Shown here: positions 1-8,444 of the stretch, one piece after another
How the letters are laid out: every line of letters begins with the position of its first letter
Position numbering within the stretch: position 1 is the first letter of the stretch
Assembly: GCA_041694885.1 (NCBI GenBank)
Contig: JBGFRX010000003.1
Location: 1-28,570 of the forward strand
Direction of reading: 5' to 3'
DNA from: Candidatus Micrarchaeota archaeon
Lineage (GTDB): Archaea > Micrarchaeota > Micrarchaeia > Anstonellales > Bilamarchaeaceae
Length of the DNA: 28,570 nt
Position numbers and translations under genes: made by a program
The notes under the pieces: generated by a model
Seen by the model: the letters and a program-made list of their open reading frames with translations, nothing else
What the model was told of the DNA's origin: nothing
The model's database searches: none

Positions 1-1
1 G

Positions 2-256
2 CTGAGGAAGCGGCTGAAGGAAAGAGGATATCCTGCGCAAAAAATTGAAGAAAATCTCGTTACAGAAATGCTGGACTACTGCACGCAGAACGCAGAAGCA
101 AACTATCCAAAAAGCAAAATTGTAGAAATCGAAACAGCAGGTAAAAATGCGGAGCAGACGGCTGAAATAATGCGGAAATCGCTTTCCGGGGAAAAAACAA
201 AAATCAAGCCGATAAGCTACCAGAAGGAATTAAAGAAATATCTGCGATTGCGGTAG
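2..256 (+). CDS. Adenylate kinase, AK6/Fap7 family (5'-truncated by window edge)
   Basis: Frame is open from position 2: LRKRLKERGYPAQKIEENLVTEMLDYC matches the L..RL..RGY...KI.EN lid motif of archaeal/eukaryotic AK6. Confidence 0.85.
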   Translation: MRKRLKERGYPAQKIEENLVTEMLDYCTQNAEANYPKSKIVEIETAGKNAEQTAEIMRKSLSGEKTKIKPISYQKELKKYLRLR

Positions 257-257
257 C

Positions 258-758
258 ATGGCTGAACAGGACAGGAAACGGCTGATCGAAAGCGCCCTTT
301 TCATTTCCGCAAGAAGCATGGCTCTTGATGAGCTTATGCGGCTTGCAGGGCTCGCAGCGCCCGGATTCGTCAAGGCAATTTTGGAGGAGCTGAAGAACGA
401 GTACGAAGGAAGGGATAGTGCAGTTGAGATAATTGAAGTGGAAGGCAAATGGCTCATGCGCGTGAAGGACGCGTATGCGGAAAAGGTGAAGGGCTTTGCC
501 CAGCAGGCGGAAGTGGGCAAAAGCGCTCTCCGCACACTCGCATATGTTGCGAAACACGACGGTGTGCTCAAGAGCGAGGTCGCGCATAAAATAGGCGGGC
601 AGATATACAAAGACGTGCGCGAACTCGTGCAGAGCGGATTCGTGAAACAGGTGAAGGCAAGGAGGAGCAAGCGGCTTTTCCTGACAGATAAGTTCAGGCA
701 GTATTTCAGGACACTGCAAACCAGCGGGCAGGCTCAGCTGGAAACGAAAAATGAGTGA
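258..758 (+). CDS. scpB: Segregation and condensation protein B (SMC kite subunit)
   Basis: IESALF, LEELKNEYEGRDSAVEIIE, ALRTLAYVA and LTDKFRQYF follow the ScpB tandem winged-helix pattern. Confidence 0.9.
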   Translation: MAEQDRKRLIESALFISARSMALDELMRLAGLAAPGFVKAILEELKNEYEGRDSAVEIIEVEGKWLMRVKDAYAEKVKGFAQQAEVGKSALRTLAYVAKHDGVLKSEVAHKIGGQIYKDVRELVQSGFVKQVKARRSKRLFLTDKFRQYFRTLQTSGQAQLETKNE

Positions 759-907
759 TGTTTCATAAACCTAATTTCGCTTCCCCCTAAATGCAGTGGA
801 GCGCCTTGACGTGAATGTGAGGAATTCCATGAAGGAGGCGGACAGCAGGAGCGCTGCGGACGATATCGCGATTCTTTATTTCACAATCTGAATGCCTGCA
901 AGAAAGA

Positions 908-1264
908 TTATGGATTGTTCAGAATGAATTCCCTAGTCGGCTCGCTCGGAAGACCGTGCTTGAACCTGTAGTTCTCAAGAACCGCTATGGCCTTTTTGAA
1001 TTTTCCTTCCATTCCAGAGGTGCTTTCCACGTCCAGGAATTCGAGATAAAGGCCGAAATCCGCGAGGTTCCTGGAGCCGTCCTCGAGCATGTTGCCGATT
1101 ATTTCAACTGCAATCTTCTTTCCCTTCTCGTCACTTCCCCACACGCTCAGCGCGAGCGCTACCTGGTTTATGAAGTGGTCCTTGTCCTGCTCGCCCATCG
1201 CCTTCCATATTACTACAAGCTTCTTTTTCGTCTCCAAATCAAAATCGTCGAAAACCGTGCCCAT
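908..1264 (-). CDS. Hypothetical protein, 118 aa
   Basis: Clean ORF with protein-like composition, co-oriented and closely spaced with neighbours; no recognisable motif. Confidence 0.75.
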   Translation of the reverse strand: MGTVFDDFDLETKKKLVVIWKAMGEQDKDHFINQVALALSVWGSDEKGKKIAVEIIGNMLEDGSRNLADFGLYLEFLDVESTSGMEGKFKKAIAVLENYRFKHGLPSEPTREFILNNP

Positions 1265-1273
1265 GAGACCACA

Positions 1274-1525
1274 CTACGCGTTTGCTATTTCCTTTTCCAG
1301 TTTCTTCATCGCCGTCTGTCCAAACTCCCGGTTCGCGATTCCCATGCACTTGGAAAGAACTTCTTCGCTTATCTTTGCCGGCGTGGGCGCACCAGAAGTT
1401 CCCTTTCCAGCTTCCTTCAGCGCTGCTGTTCGTTCATCTATTCTTCGCGCTATATTTGCAAGCGTCTCCCCCAAGTCCAGCCCGGGCTTTTTTGCATGCT
1501 CTTTTTTTTCGCGTTCAAATGCCAT
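1274..1525 (-). CDS. Hypothetical protein, 83 aa
   Basis: ATG-initiated, helical and charged, fills the gap in the minus-strand cluster. Confidence 0.6.
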   Translation of the reverse strand: MAFEREKKEHAKKPGLDLGETLANIARRIDERTAALKEAGKGTSGAPTPAKISEEVLSKCMGIANREFGQTAMKKLEKEIANA

Positions 1526-1564
1526 TATAACACAGCAATATTGCAGTTATGGAAATTTTTAATC

Positions 1565-1852
1565 CTATCTTTCTTTTGTACTCTTTTCTTTTTGTTGGGC
1601 AGTTAAGTTGGCATTGAGCGGCATCCACGTGCTGTTTACATATCTATAGAGCTGCTTCGCCACCGAATCATAGACCAAGCTGGTTTTCGCAGCAAGCGCA
1701 AGAGGCCTGTCTATCTCTATGTTTATAATGTTCCTCGTCCATCCGATCTGCGCGGAGAAAGGGTTTCGCTCGATTACGTAAACCGATTTGCGCTCCTTCT
1801 TCCTCTGCTCGCACCATTCCACTATAGTTTCCATTTCCTCCTTTTCAGGCAT
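1565..1852 (-). CDS. Hypothetical protein, 95 aa
   Basis: ATG-initiated ORF starting 32 nt downstream of the DRG GTPase stop, same strand. Confidence 0.7.
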   Translation of the reverse strand: MPEKEEMETIVEWCEQRKKERKSVYVIERNPFSAQIGWTRNIINIEIDRPLALAAKTSLVYDSVAKQLYRYVNSTWMPLNANLTAQQKEKSTKER

Positions 1853-1884
1853 GGGTGGAATTGAATGGCAAATTTTTTATTGTT

Positions 1885-2973
1885 TTATTTCTTCACGATG
1901 CTGATTACGTCTCCCCCTTGAAGCACGTGCCCGAGCCCCACTCTCTGCCCGGGATGCTTCGCGCTCCTACCCCATACGAGCGCGTACCTGAATTCCTTTA
2001 CGAGATCCCTGTGAAGAGAGTTGCACACCTCCTCCACACTCGTCCCTTCCTTCACTATTAGCGGTTCGTCGAGGTCCGCATGCTCGCCCTTCCTTTTTGT
2101 GTAGACCTGCATGAACCTAAGCGAGCGATACATCGCGTCCACCGCTGCCTTGAGATTCTTCCTCCTTTCAGCTGAAACAGGAATGAAGGGATGGGGGAAT
2201 CTTTTCCTCACTTCTTTCTCATTGCACAGGTCTATCTTGTTCATAACTATTATCGCAGGCAGATAGACCCTGTTTCCCTCGAGTACGTCTATGAGCTGCT
2301 CCACGTCCACATTCTCTCTTATCACCATGTCTCCGCTGTGCAACCCGTATTCGTTCAGCACAGCAGCCACCGTGCGCAAATCCATCTTCGTAAGCTTCAC
2401 TGTGGTATTTATGGAAAGCCCTCCTGCTGCCATTTTCTTTATCACGATGTCCGGCGCTTTCTGGTTGAGCCGTATCCCCATTCCGTAGAGCTCGCGGAGG
2501 ATGACCTCGTAATGCTCCGGGTACCTCGCATCGAGAAGGATGAGTATGAGGTCTGCGCTGCGCGCAACTGCTATGACTTCCTTTCCCCTGCCTCTTCCGT
2601 CCTTCGCACCCTCTATTATCCCCGGAAGGTCCAGTACCTGTATTTTCGCGCCGTTGTAATGGAGCATTCCCGGAATGCACGTGAGCGTGGTGAACTCGTA
2701 CGCAGCTGACTTGCTTTCCGCATTGGTTATTTTGTTCAGGAGCGTGGATTTCCCCACGCTCGGGAAGCCGATTATCGCGACAGTTGCATCCCCACTTTTC
2801 TTTACATCGAACGAAGGCCCTCCTGAGCCCCCTCCTTTCCCGTCCCCTATCAGACCCCGCCTGAGCTTCGCTATCTTCGCCTTGAGCAGTCCGATATGAT
2901 ACTCGGTCGCCTTGTTCTTCTGCGTCCTCTTTATCTCGTCTTCCAGCTCTTTTATTTTTTCCAATATTCCCAT
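1885..2973 (-). CDS. DRG/Rbg1-family OBG GTPase with TGS domain
   Basis: TQKNKATEYHIGLLKAK N-terminus, GFPSVGKS (G1), YEFTTL (G2), DLPG (G3), NKID (G4), VWGRSAKHPGQRVG TGS domain. Confidence 0.97.
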   Translation of the reverse strand: MGILEKIKELEDEIKRTQKNKATEYHIGLLKAKIAKLRRGLIGDGKGGGSGGPSFDVKKSGDATVAIIGFPSVGKSTLLNKITNAESKSAAYEFTTLTCIPGMLHYNGAKIQVLDLPGIIEGAKDGRGRGKEVIAVARSADLILILLDARYPEHYEVILRELYGMGIRLNQKAPDIVIKKMAAGGLSINTTVKLTKMDLRTVAAVLNEYGLHSGDMVIRENVDVEQLIDVLEGNRVYLPAIIVMNKIDLCNEKEVRKRFPHPFIPVSAERRKNLKAAVDAMYRSLRFMQVYTKRKGEHADLDEPLIVKEGTSVEEVCNSLHRDLVKEFRYALVWGRSAKHPGQRVGLGHVLQGGDVISIVKK

Positions 2974-3008
2974 AAACAGAATTACCCGAAAACCGAATTA
3001 AAATATTC

Positions 3009-3392
3009 CTAAGCCCAGAAAATCCGCGTCCTCGTGCGCATGGTTATTATGCGCGTGCCAGTTCCCTTCAATTTCTTCCTCAGTTCAATATCATTTGTAC
3101 AGACAATTGTTCCAGGATTCCTTGTGCAGTAATCCAGAATCCACCTATCCGCGTCCTTCTCTCCGCTGCTTATCTCCTTGAGCTTGCCCCTCCTTAGCGC
3201 CTCGAGCGCGACCTTTGCAGCCACACCTTCTTTCGTTCTTCCCTTCGCAAGCCCTTCGAGCTCCGTGCGCACCGGCTCTCCAACAACCAATTCATGCGCG
3301 CTTTCAATCAATTTTTCCAGCTCAGCGATTATGTTTATTCTGAACTGGTGGGGGATGAGCAGGAAATTTGTATCCAATATGACCATTTTCAT
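3009..3392 (-). CDS. PIN-domain ribonuclease, Fcf1/Utp24-like
   Basis: VILDTNFL...EL...DAD...VCTND.EL acidic PIN signature. Confidence 0.9.
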   Translation of the reverse strand: MKMVILDTNFLLIPHQFRINIIAELEKLIESAHELVVGEPVRTELEGLAKGRTKEGVAAKVALEALRRGKLKEISSGEKDADRWILDYCTRNPGTIVCTNDIELRKKLKGTGTRIITMRTRTRIFWA

Positions 3393-3418
3393 AAGACCAC
3401 TTCAATCATTTCAAAACT

Positions 3419-4666
3419 CTAACCCACGATGTTTTTCGCAATCCGCTCCGCATTAAAGGGCTCTATATCCCCGTATCTCTGACCAGTAGTAACATAGAGC
3501 ACCGGCACTTTAGTGACTTTGGAAATCGAAATCAAAGTTCCGCCTTTCGCGTCGCAATCCAGTTTTGTGAGAATTATCCCATCAAGTTTCAGTTCCTTGT
3601 TGAACGAATCCACCTGCTCTATAACCGCGTTTCCAGCTATGCTTTCGCCCACGTAGATTTTCAACTCAGGACCTATCACGCGGGCCATCTTTTTAAGCTC
3701 GTTAAGCAGGTTCTGGTTGGTTTCCTGCCTTCCAGCAGTGTCTATGAGCACAACATCCGCGTTGTGTGCCTTCGCATGGTTCACTGCATCAAACGCAACT
3801 GAGGTCGGGTCTGCGCCGTATTTGCCCTTTATAACCTTCACCCCAAGCCGCATACCGTGTATTTCCATCTGCTCTATTGCAGCAGCTCTGAACGTGTCTG
3901 CCGCAGCAATAACAACCCCAAATCCATTTTGTTTGAGAAGATTGGCCACCTTCGCGATCGTGGTGGTCTTGCCGCTTCCATTCGGGCCTGTGAACATTAT
4001 TTTCACAGGCCTTGCGCTTATTCCCTTCGCCTGCTCCACTATCGAAACGCCGGTGTTTTCAGCCATCAGGCATTTTATCGAATCGAAAAATATCCCTGAA
4101 ACGCGGGCCTGGAGCTCGTCTTTCTTCATCTTTTTCCCAACGAGCTCCTTTCTCAGCTCACCCTTTATCTGCTCCGCAACCTCGAGAGCAACATCGCCCT
4201 CAAGCAGCCCCATCTCAAAATCGTCAAGCGCATCCGAAATGTCGTTTTCTCCCAGTTCTACCTCGTCCGAGAAAATCGATTTTAGCTGTGTGAGGAAAGA
4301 CAGCTTCACTTTCTTTTCCTTGCCCTCTTCTTTCGTCGTTTTCTCCTTGCTTTTCTCTATCCGCTTTTTTACTTCAGACCTTTCGCTTTCTCTTGCCTTA
4401 TGCGCAATTTGCTGCGTTTTTTGAACTGCCTGCTGCTGTTTATTCTTTCCAGGCGTTTCTTTTGGGGCTTTAAAATGAACTGGTTTTGCATGAACTTTCT
4501 TTTCGTGCTCCCCGGGCATTGTCTTTGCTTCAGGGAGCGCGGCAGCAACCCCTTTCTCCATTTTACCAAGTTCCGCTTCGGCCGTTTTCTCCGCTGCTTC
4601 CCCGTGCTTTTTGCCCACTATCTTTTCCACAAACCCGGCAACTTTTTTCTTCAGAAATTCGAACAT
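3419..4666 (-). CDS. ftsY: Signal recognition particle receptor FtsY
   Basis: GPNGSGKTTT, DTFRAAAIEQ, DTAGR, TKLD.DAKGG and GQ.Y.D motifs; charged N-terminal region. Confidence 0.97.
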   Translation of the reverse strand: MFEFLKKKVAGFVEKIVGKKHGEAAEKTAEAELGKMEKGVAAALPEAKTMPGEHEKKVHAKPVHFKAPKETPGKNKQQQAVQKTQQIAHKARESERSEVKKRIEKSKEKTTKEEGKEKKVKLSFLTQLKSIFSDEVELGENDISDALDDFEMGLLEGDVALEVAEQIKGELRKELVGKKMKKDELQARVSGIFFDSIKCLMAENTGVSIVEQAKGISARPVKIMFTGPNGSGKTTTIAKVANLLKQNGFGVVIAAADTFRAAAIEQMEIHGMRLGVKVIKGKYGADPTSVAFDAVNHAKAHNADVVLIDTAGRQETNQNLLNELKKMARVIGPELKIYVGESIAGNAVIEQVDSFNKELKLDGIILTKLDCDAKGGTLISISKVTKVPVLYVTTGQRYGDIEPFNAERIAKNIVG

Positions 4667-4669
4667 TGC

Positions 4670-5080
4670 CTATGCCTGTTTAGCTTCTTTTCCGGCCGCG
4701 TTCATCGCCTCTATCTTCACGTTAACTTCCTTGAGTTTTGCCCCGATCTTGCCGAACTCGGCGCGAAGCCGCTCCACTGCCTTCTCAGTGGACGCGATAC
4801 GTTTCCTTATCTCCTCTATCGCCTCGTACTTCCTGAGATTGATGAGATAGCCGCCTCCAATAGGCACGAGCACCTCTGTAGAGGAAATTTTCGCGTTCAC
4901 CATGGAGCCACCTCCTATGGGCACGAATACTGCGTCTTCCTTCAGCGATTCCACTGCCTTGAGCGAGGCGCCGAGCTCAGAGGTAGTCATGGTGATGCGC
5001 CCTATCTCGTTCTCCAGAAGCCGGAGCTGCTCGCCGTAAAGCCGCGCCTCGTAAACGGTGCGTTGTGCATCTTCAGTCAT
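4670..5080 (-). CDS. pfdA: Prefoldin alpha subunit
   Basis: Two VPIGGG beta-hairpins flanked by coiled coils; conserved position upstream of ftsY. Confidence 0.93.
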   Translation of the reverse strand: MTEDAQRTVYEARLYGEQLRLLENEIGRITMTTSELGASLKAVESLKEDAVFVPIGGGSMVNAKISSTEVLVPIGGGYLINLRKYEAIEEIRKRIASTEKAVERLRAEFGKIGAKLKEVNVKIEAMNAAGKEAKQA

Positions 5081-5257
5081 TCATCCCACCTTCGAAACGC
5101 TCTCTATCCTGACCTTGTTCCTCTTTACTCCGTTCGAAGAGCCGAAGAGCGAATAGACAACATCTTTCGCGTGTCTCTCGCTTTTCGCCTCCACTTCCTT
5201 CGAAAATTTCCTCGTCCCGTTCGGAATGTCCACGGTTCCGCTTACTGTAAATTTCAT
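5081..5257 (-). CDS. rplX: 50S ribosomal protein LX (eL20/L18Ae)
   Basis: FSKEVEAKSERHAKDVVYSLFGS...KRNKVRI; GAGGTGA RBS upstream of the ATG at 5257. Confidence 0.92.
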   Translation of the reverse strand: MKFTVSGTVDIPNGTRKFSKEVEAKSERHAKDVVYSLFGSSNGVKRNKVRIESVSKVG

Positions 5258-5279
5258 TTCATTCACCTCGTGCATTACA

Positions 5280-5603
5280 TTACCCTATTTTACTTCCTGG
5301 AGCCATATCTTTTTCAGTAGTCAATATCACTATTCCTGTTTCTGATTCGCCGGCAGCAAGAAGCATGCCCTGCGATTCCAACTCAGCGAATTTCCTGTAA
5401 TCCATGTTCGCGATTATTATTATGTTTTTTCCCGCGAGCGCATCCGGCTCATAGTCCTTCGCAATTCCTGCGATTATCTGCCTTTTCTCCGAGCCAATAT
5501 CAACCAGCAGGCGCAGCAATTTGTTAGAATTTTCCACTTTGGCTGCCTCGATAATACGCGCAACGCGCAAATCCAATCGGGAAAATTCTTCGTAAGAAAC
5601 CAT
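5280..5603 (-). CDS. Stand-alone tRNA-binding OB domain (Trbp111/MetRS C-terminal/CsaA family)
   Basis: F.RLDLRVARI...KLLRLLVDIG.EKRQIIAGI...N...SQGMLLAA signature. Confidence 0.92.
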   Translation of the reverse strand: MVSYEEFSRLDLRVARIIEAAKVENSNKLLRLLVDIGSEKRQIIAGIAKDYEPDALAGKNIIIIANMDYRKFAELESQGMLLAAGESETGIVILTTEKDMAPGSKIG

Positions 5604-5620
5604 CCGTTCAACCTATGATA

Positions 5621-6280
5621 TCATAAATACCCGAGAGCCGCCTCCAGCTTACCCATCTCGAAGCCGGTACAATCATCCCCTGCGACAAAACCCCTGTTGT
5701 TCCCAACAGCACCTATTCCCACAAACCCGGTTCCTGTGTTCACAGTTCCTCTGTCCCCTGGTACACGGAGCGCCTCTTCAGCCAATTTCATTTCATCAGG
5801 GCCTGCAGCATAGTGCACCAGGAAGCCCCTGCTGTTCGCAATGCACGCACTTCCCACAGTAGTGTATTTCGCGAGCGAAAGAGGAACGAGCTCCACTCCA
5901 AGCGTATCCTCCATCTTTTTCTTTTCAGCTGAATCCACGCGCGGGTTTATCATCCCTCCTTTGTCGTTCACGCACAGATTGTTCCCGTGCGCATTGTTCA
6001 ATTCCCGGGAAACGAGCACGTTGAGTCCCTCTTTCTTTAACTCCGCGAGCTCCCTTTCCTCTATCACGTTAGGAACCACTATTCCATTGCTGTTCATCGC
6101 AGTGTAAATTCCGAGAAGATTCGAGCCGGCAATAGTAAGCCGGATAACCTTCACGCCAAGCGCCTCGATGAGCGCATGGACGTTCTTTTCCTGCGCGTCT
6201 ATGGGCGCAAGCGCGATGGAGTCGTTAGCTCTGAAGAAAAGCCCCAAGAAAGGGTTTCCGTAATACGCGGTCCTCAACAT
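5621..6280 (-). CDS. eif6: Translation initiation factor 6 (aIF6)
   Basis: GNPFLGLF, GSNLLG...MNSNG, GTVN.G...G.GAVGN, G.DCTGFE motifs; start placed at the ATG just after the rpl31e stop. Confidence 0.95.
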   Translation of the reverse strand: MLRTAYYGNPFLGLFFRANDSIALAPIDAQEKNVHALIEALGVKVIRLTIAGSNLLGIYTAMNSNGIVVPNVIEERELAELKKEGLNVLVSRELNNAHGNNLCVNDKGGMINPRVDSAEKKKMEDTLGVELVPLSLAKYTTVGSACIANSRGFLVHYAAGPDEMKLAEEALRVPGDRGTVNTGTGFVGIGAVGNNRGFVAGDDCTGFEMGKLEAALGYL

Positions 6281-6284
6281 AAGA

Positions 6285-6806
6285 TTACTTTTTCGCTTCG
6301 CTTTTGGTTCCAGCACTTCCTTCTTTTTCCTTTTCTGCATCCTTTGCTTCCGTTTTCCCACCAACCAGATTCACTGTTTCGGGTTTCGTTTCTTTATTTT
6401 CGCCTCCATTCGTCCCAGCCTTTGTCGTTGGCTTCGCTCCTGCTTCCATCCCCTCTTTTTTTGCCTCGGTCTTCGCGACTCCTGCCTCGGCTTCCCTTTC
6501 TTTCTTGCCTTCAGCAGCTGCCTCTTTCTTCGGCTCGGGCTTCTTTATTTCCTCTTCAACAAGGTATGCCTTCGCAATCCCTTTCTCTTTCGTTACCTTT
6601 ATTTTTACCTTCCGCGGCGGCTTCTGTACCCCCCTCACCCAAAGAGCGGAGTTCAGCGCATTGGAAAGCCGCACATCAGCAGCAGCGACCTTCCCGTGCC
6701 TTGAGACGAACTGCTTCACGAGCGAAACGGCCCTTCTCGTGCGCTTCGTCCTAATGTAGTTGTATGCCTTCCCCAATGGCACAGTGTAAATCTTCTCTTC
6801 AGCCAT
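6285..6806 (-). CDS. rpl31e: 50S ribosomal protein L31e with long charged C-terminal tail
   Basis: EKIYTVPL...KRTRRAV...LNSALWVRGVQKPPRKVKIKV; GGTGAT RBS upstream. Confidence 0.95.
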   Translation of the reverse strand: MAEEKIYTVPLGKAYNYIRTKRTRRAVSLVKQFVSRHGKVAAADVRLSNALNSALWVRGVQKPPRKVKIKVTKEKGIAKAYLVEEEIKKPEPKKEAAAEGKKEREAEAGVAKTEAKKEGMEAGAKPTTKAGTNGGENKETKPETVNLVGGKTEAKDAEKEKEGSAGTKSEAKK

Positions 6807-6875
6807 CCAAATCACCTTATTTTACTATTTCTGATTTGCAGGTCTGTCGCCGATTCGTAGGAGACAAAATAGAAA

Positions 6876-7037
6876 TCACCACTTCTTCGCTCCGAGCTTA
6901 TCAGTTCTCCACGCCCTTCTCTTCGGGTTCTGAGTAACCTTTCTTTTCGTCCTTATCGCCACGAAAACAGGGAGGCGCCTGTTCTGCTTGGTCGCCTTGC
7001 CCAGCCGTTTCTTCTTCAAAAATGTTTTCTTCGTCAT
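6876..7037 (-). CDS. rpl39e: 50S ribosomal protein L39e (53 aa, below the ORF-track cutoff)
   Basis: Manual translation [59 protein letters not shown] and RR.WR signature, conserved gene order. Confidence 0.95.
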   Translation of the reverse strand: MTKKTFLKKKRLGKATKQNRRLPVFVAIRTKRKVTQNPKRRAWRTDKLGAKKW

Positions 7038-7141
7038 AAACATCCTTTGTTTTTTCCGCGTTCATTCCATGCTGTTCGCGTTTGCAATTTCATTTTTTTG
7101 TTTGCAACTACTATTTCTTCCCCCATCCATTCCGAGCCGTC

Positions 7142-7435
7142 TTATTTCCTTTCGAACGTTATTTTTGTCTCTTCGCTTCCTATCTTGAGTCGCTTCAGGA
7201 TGAAGAGCAGTTCCCGGTCTCCAAGTTTCCTTCCGAGGCGCTGGTAGAGCGCGACGCATCCCTGCACCGCGCCTGCGTAAAGCGAAGGGTTCGCGACTTT
7301 CACGTTTATGAGTCGCTCGTACGCATCTTCATCCAGAACGGTGCGCAGTGTTGCCCTTACCTTCTCCTCCTGCTCTTTGGCTTTCTGCATCTCTTCTAAT
7401 TTCCTTTTCCTTATCTCCCTGGCTTCTTCATCCAT
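7142..7435 (-). CDS. PDCD5/TFAR19-family DNA-binding protein
   Basis: IRKRKLEEMQ...LRTVLDEDAYERLINVK..NP...KITFERK; follows rps19e as in other archaea. Confidence 0.9.
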   Translation of the reverse strand: MDEEAREIRKRKLEEMQKAKEQEEKVRATLRTVLDEDAYERLINVKVANPSLYAGAVQGCVALYQRLGRKLGDRELLFILKRLKIGSEETKITFERK

Positions 7436-7466
7436 TTCAGTCCCCCGTCGCATCGATCATGCGCGC

Positions 7467-7892
7467 TTAGCCCTTCCTGACCTCTTTAGCCGAGTTGTCC
7501 AGCAGCTTCCTGCCTTTCGCAGTCAGTCGCCTTCCCTTCTTGGGCCCTTTCTCGACCTTTTCCACGAAGCCCGCTTTTTCGAGCGCCTGGAACGCCTTCC
7601 TTATCATGGAGCCGCCTGAGCGCACGAACCTGCCTGGCCGCACACCCCTATTCTTCTTTCCGCCGTAGTGAGTCCTAAGCCGCTGCACTCCCACCATGCC
7701 CCTCGCGTACACCTGCCTCATCAGAGAGGCGCAGCGCACGTGGAAGAACTCCTCCTGCTCAGGAGGTCTCTCGTTGTGCGCGCCGCTTTTCACGAGTCCC
7801 ACAAACCCGGGAATCAGCACTCCCGCTTCCTTCAGCCTTTTCGCGACCTTCGCATTCAGCTTGTTCGCGTCCACATCCAATGCACTTGTCAT
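7467..7892 (-). CDS. rps19e: 30S ribosomal protein S19e
   Basis: VKSGAHNERPP, RCASLMRQVY, YGGKKNRGVRP, GSMIRKAFQALEKAG, GRRLT..G. Confidence 0.97.
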   Translation of the reverse strand: MTSALDVDANKLNAKVAKRLKEAGVLIPGFVGLVKSGAHNERPPEQEEFFHVRCASLMRQVYARGMVGVQRLRTHYGGKKNRGVRPGRFVRSGGSMIRKAFQALEKAGFVEKVEKGPKKGRRLTAKGRKLLDNSAKEVRKG

Positions 7893-7938
7893 TTTATCTT
7901 ACCTCGTGTATAAGAAGCAAATTCAAATATTTTCTCCT

Positions 7939-7958
7939 TTTTATATAAACCCCTCTTC
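7939..7958 (-). promoter_or_regulatory. Putative BRE/TATA promoter of the rps19e-ftsY operon
   Basis: Minus strand reads GAAGAGGGGTTTATATAAAA about 50 nt upstream of the rps19e start. Confidence 0.55.
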
Positions 7959-8162
7959 TTTTTTTGACTGACAGCTCGTCTGCGCAGCGCATAAAGCGTC
8001 CGTGCGCCCGAGCCAAATCTTCGATTTGTTCCATCACAGTAAAACTGAACCCTGCAATTCCTTATCTCGTGGATTAGACCGGTGCAACCCTTGGAAAATT
8101 GCGCCTATGGCTGGAAGTATATTTTAAGAGAGAAACACTTAAAAAGACCTACTTCATTGAGG

Positions 8163-8308
8163 TACGAGTTCAGGATTTCCCTATCTCACTAATTTCGCGG
8201 TTCAAGACGTTCCTCAGCATGTGCCCAAAGACGTTCTGAACCGGAAGCGGGAAACCCGAAACCAGTAATCATCTACTGATGTGTGGTGGGGGAATTATAA
8301 ACTCTTAC
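8163..8308. repeat. Dispersed 146-bp non-coding structured element, copy A
   Basis: Ungapped match to 14102..14247 with 14 mismatches; imperfect terminal inverted repeats (~28 nt) and an internal stem. Confidence 0.92.
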
Positions 8309-8444
8309 GATATCCGGAGCTTAAGGGTGTCGCAAATTAACTATTGCCATTCCAACGACGTTTCGCTGAAAGGCCGTGCTTGCTGAGGCGAAAATTGCCC
8401 TCATAAAGGCAATGGTTTTTAATATCCCTCCCGTAATTCCATTC

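Noticed and set aside
815..835. RNase P RNA CR-I-like GAGGAATTCC
   Set aside because: Spacing is off by one nucleotide, no CR-V partner was found, and the intergenic gap is only ~150 nt.
6285..6560. Long K/E/A-rich tail on L31e as a novelty
   Set aside because: Low-complexity charged tails on ribosomal proteins are common in several archaeal lineages, so this alone is not distinctive.
7990..8118. Divergent 5S rRNA on the minus strand (GCCATAG, ATAAG and TACTG at 5S-like spacing)
   Set aside because: The conserved loop C sequence CCAUNCCGAAC and a proper helix I are missing. Kept only as an unnamed sRNA candidate; cmsearch with the 5S model would settle it.
8250..8285. Hammerhead ribozyme (GAAAC and CTGATG close together)
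   Set aside because: The core reads CTGATGT rather than CTGANGA, there is no room for two stems between the motifs, and copy B lacks this GAAA.
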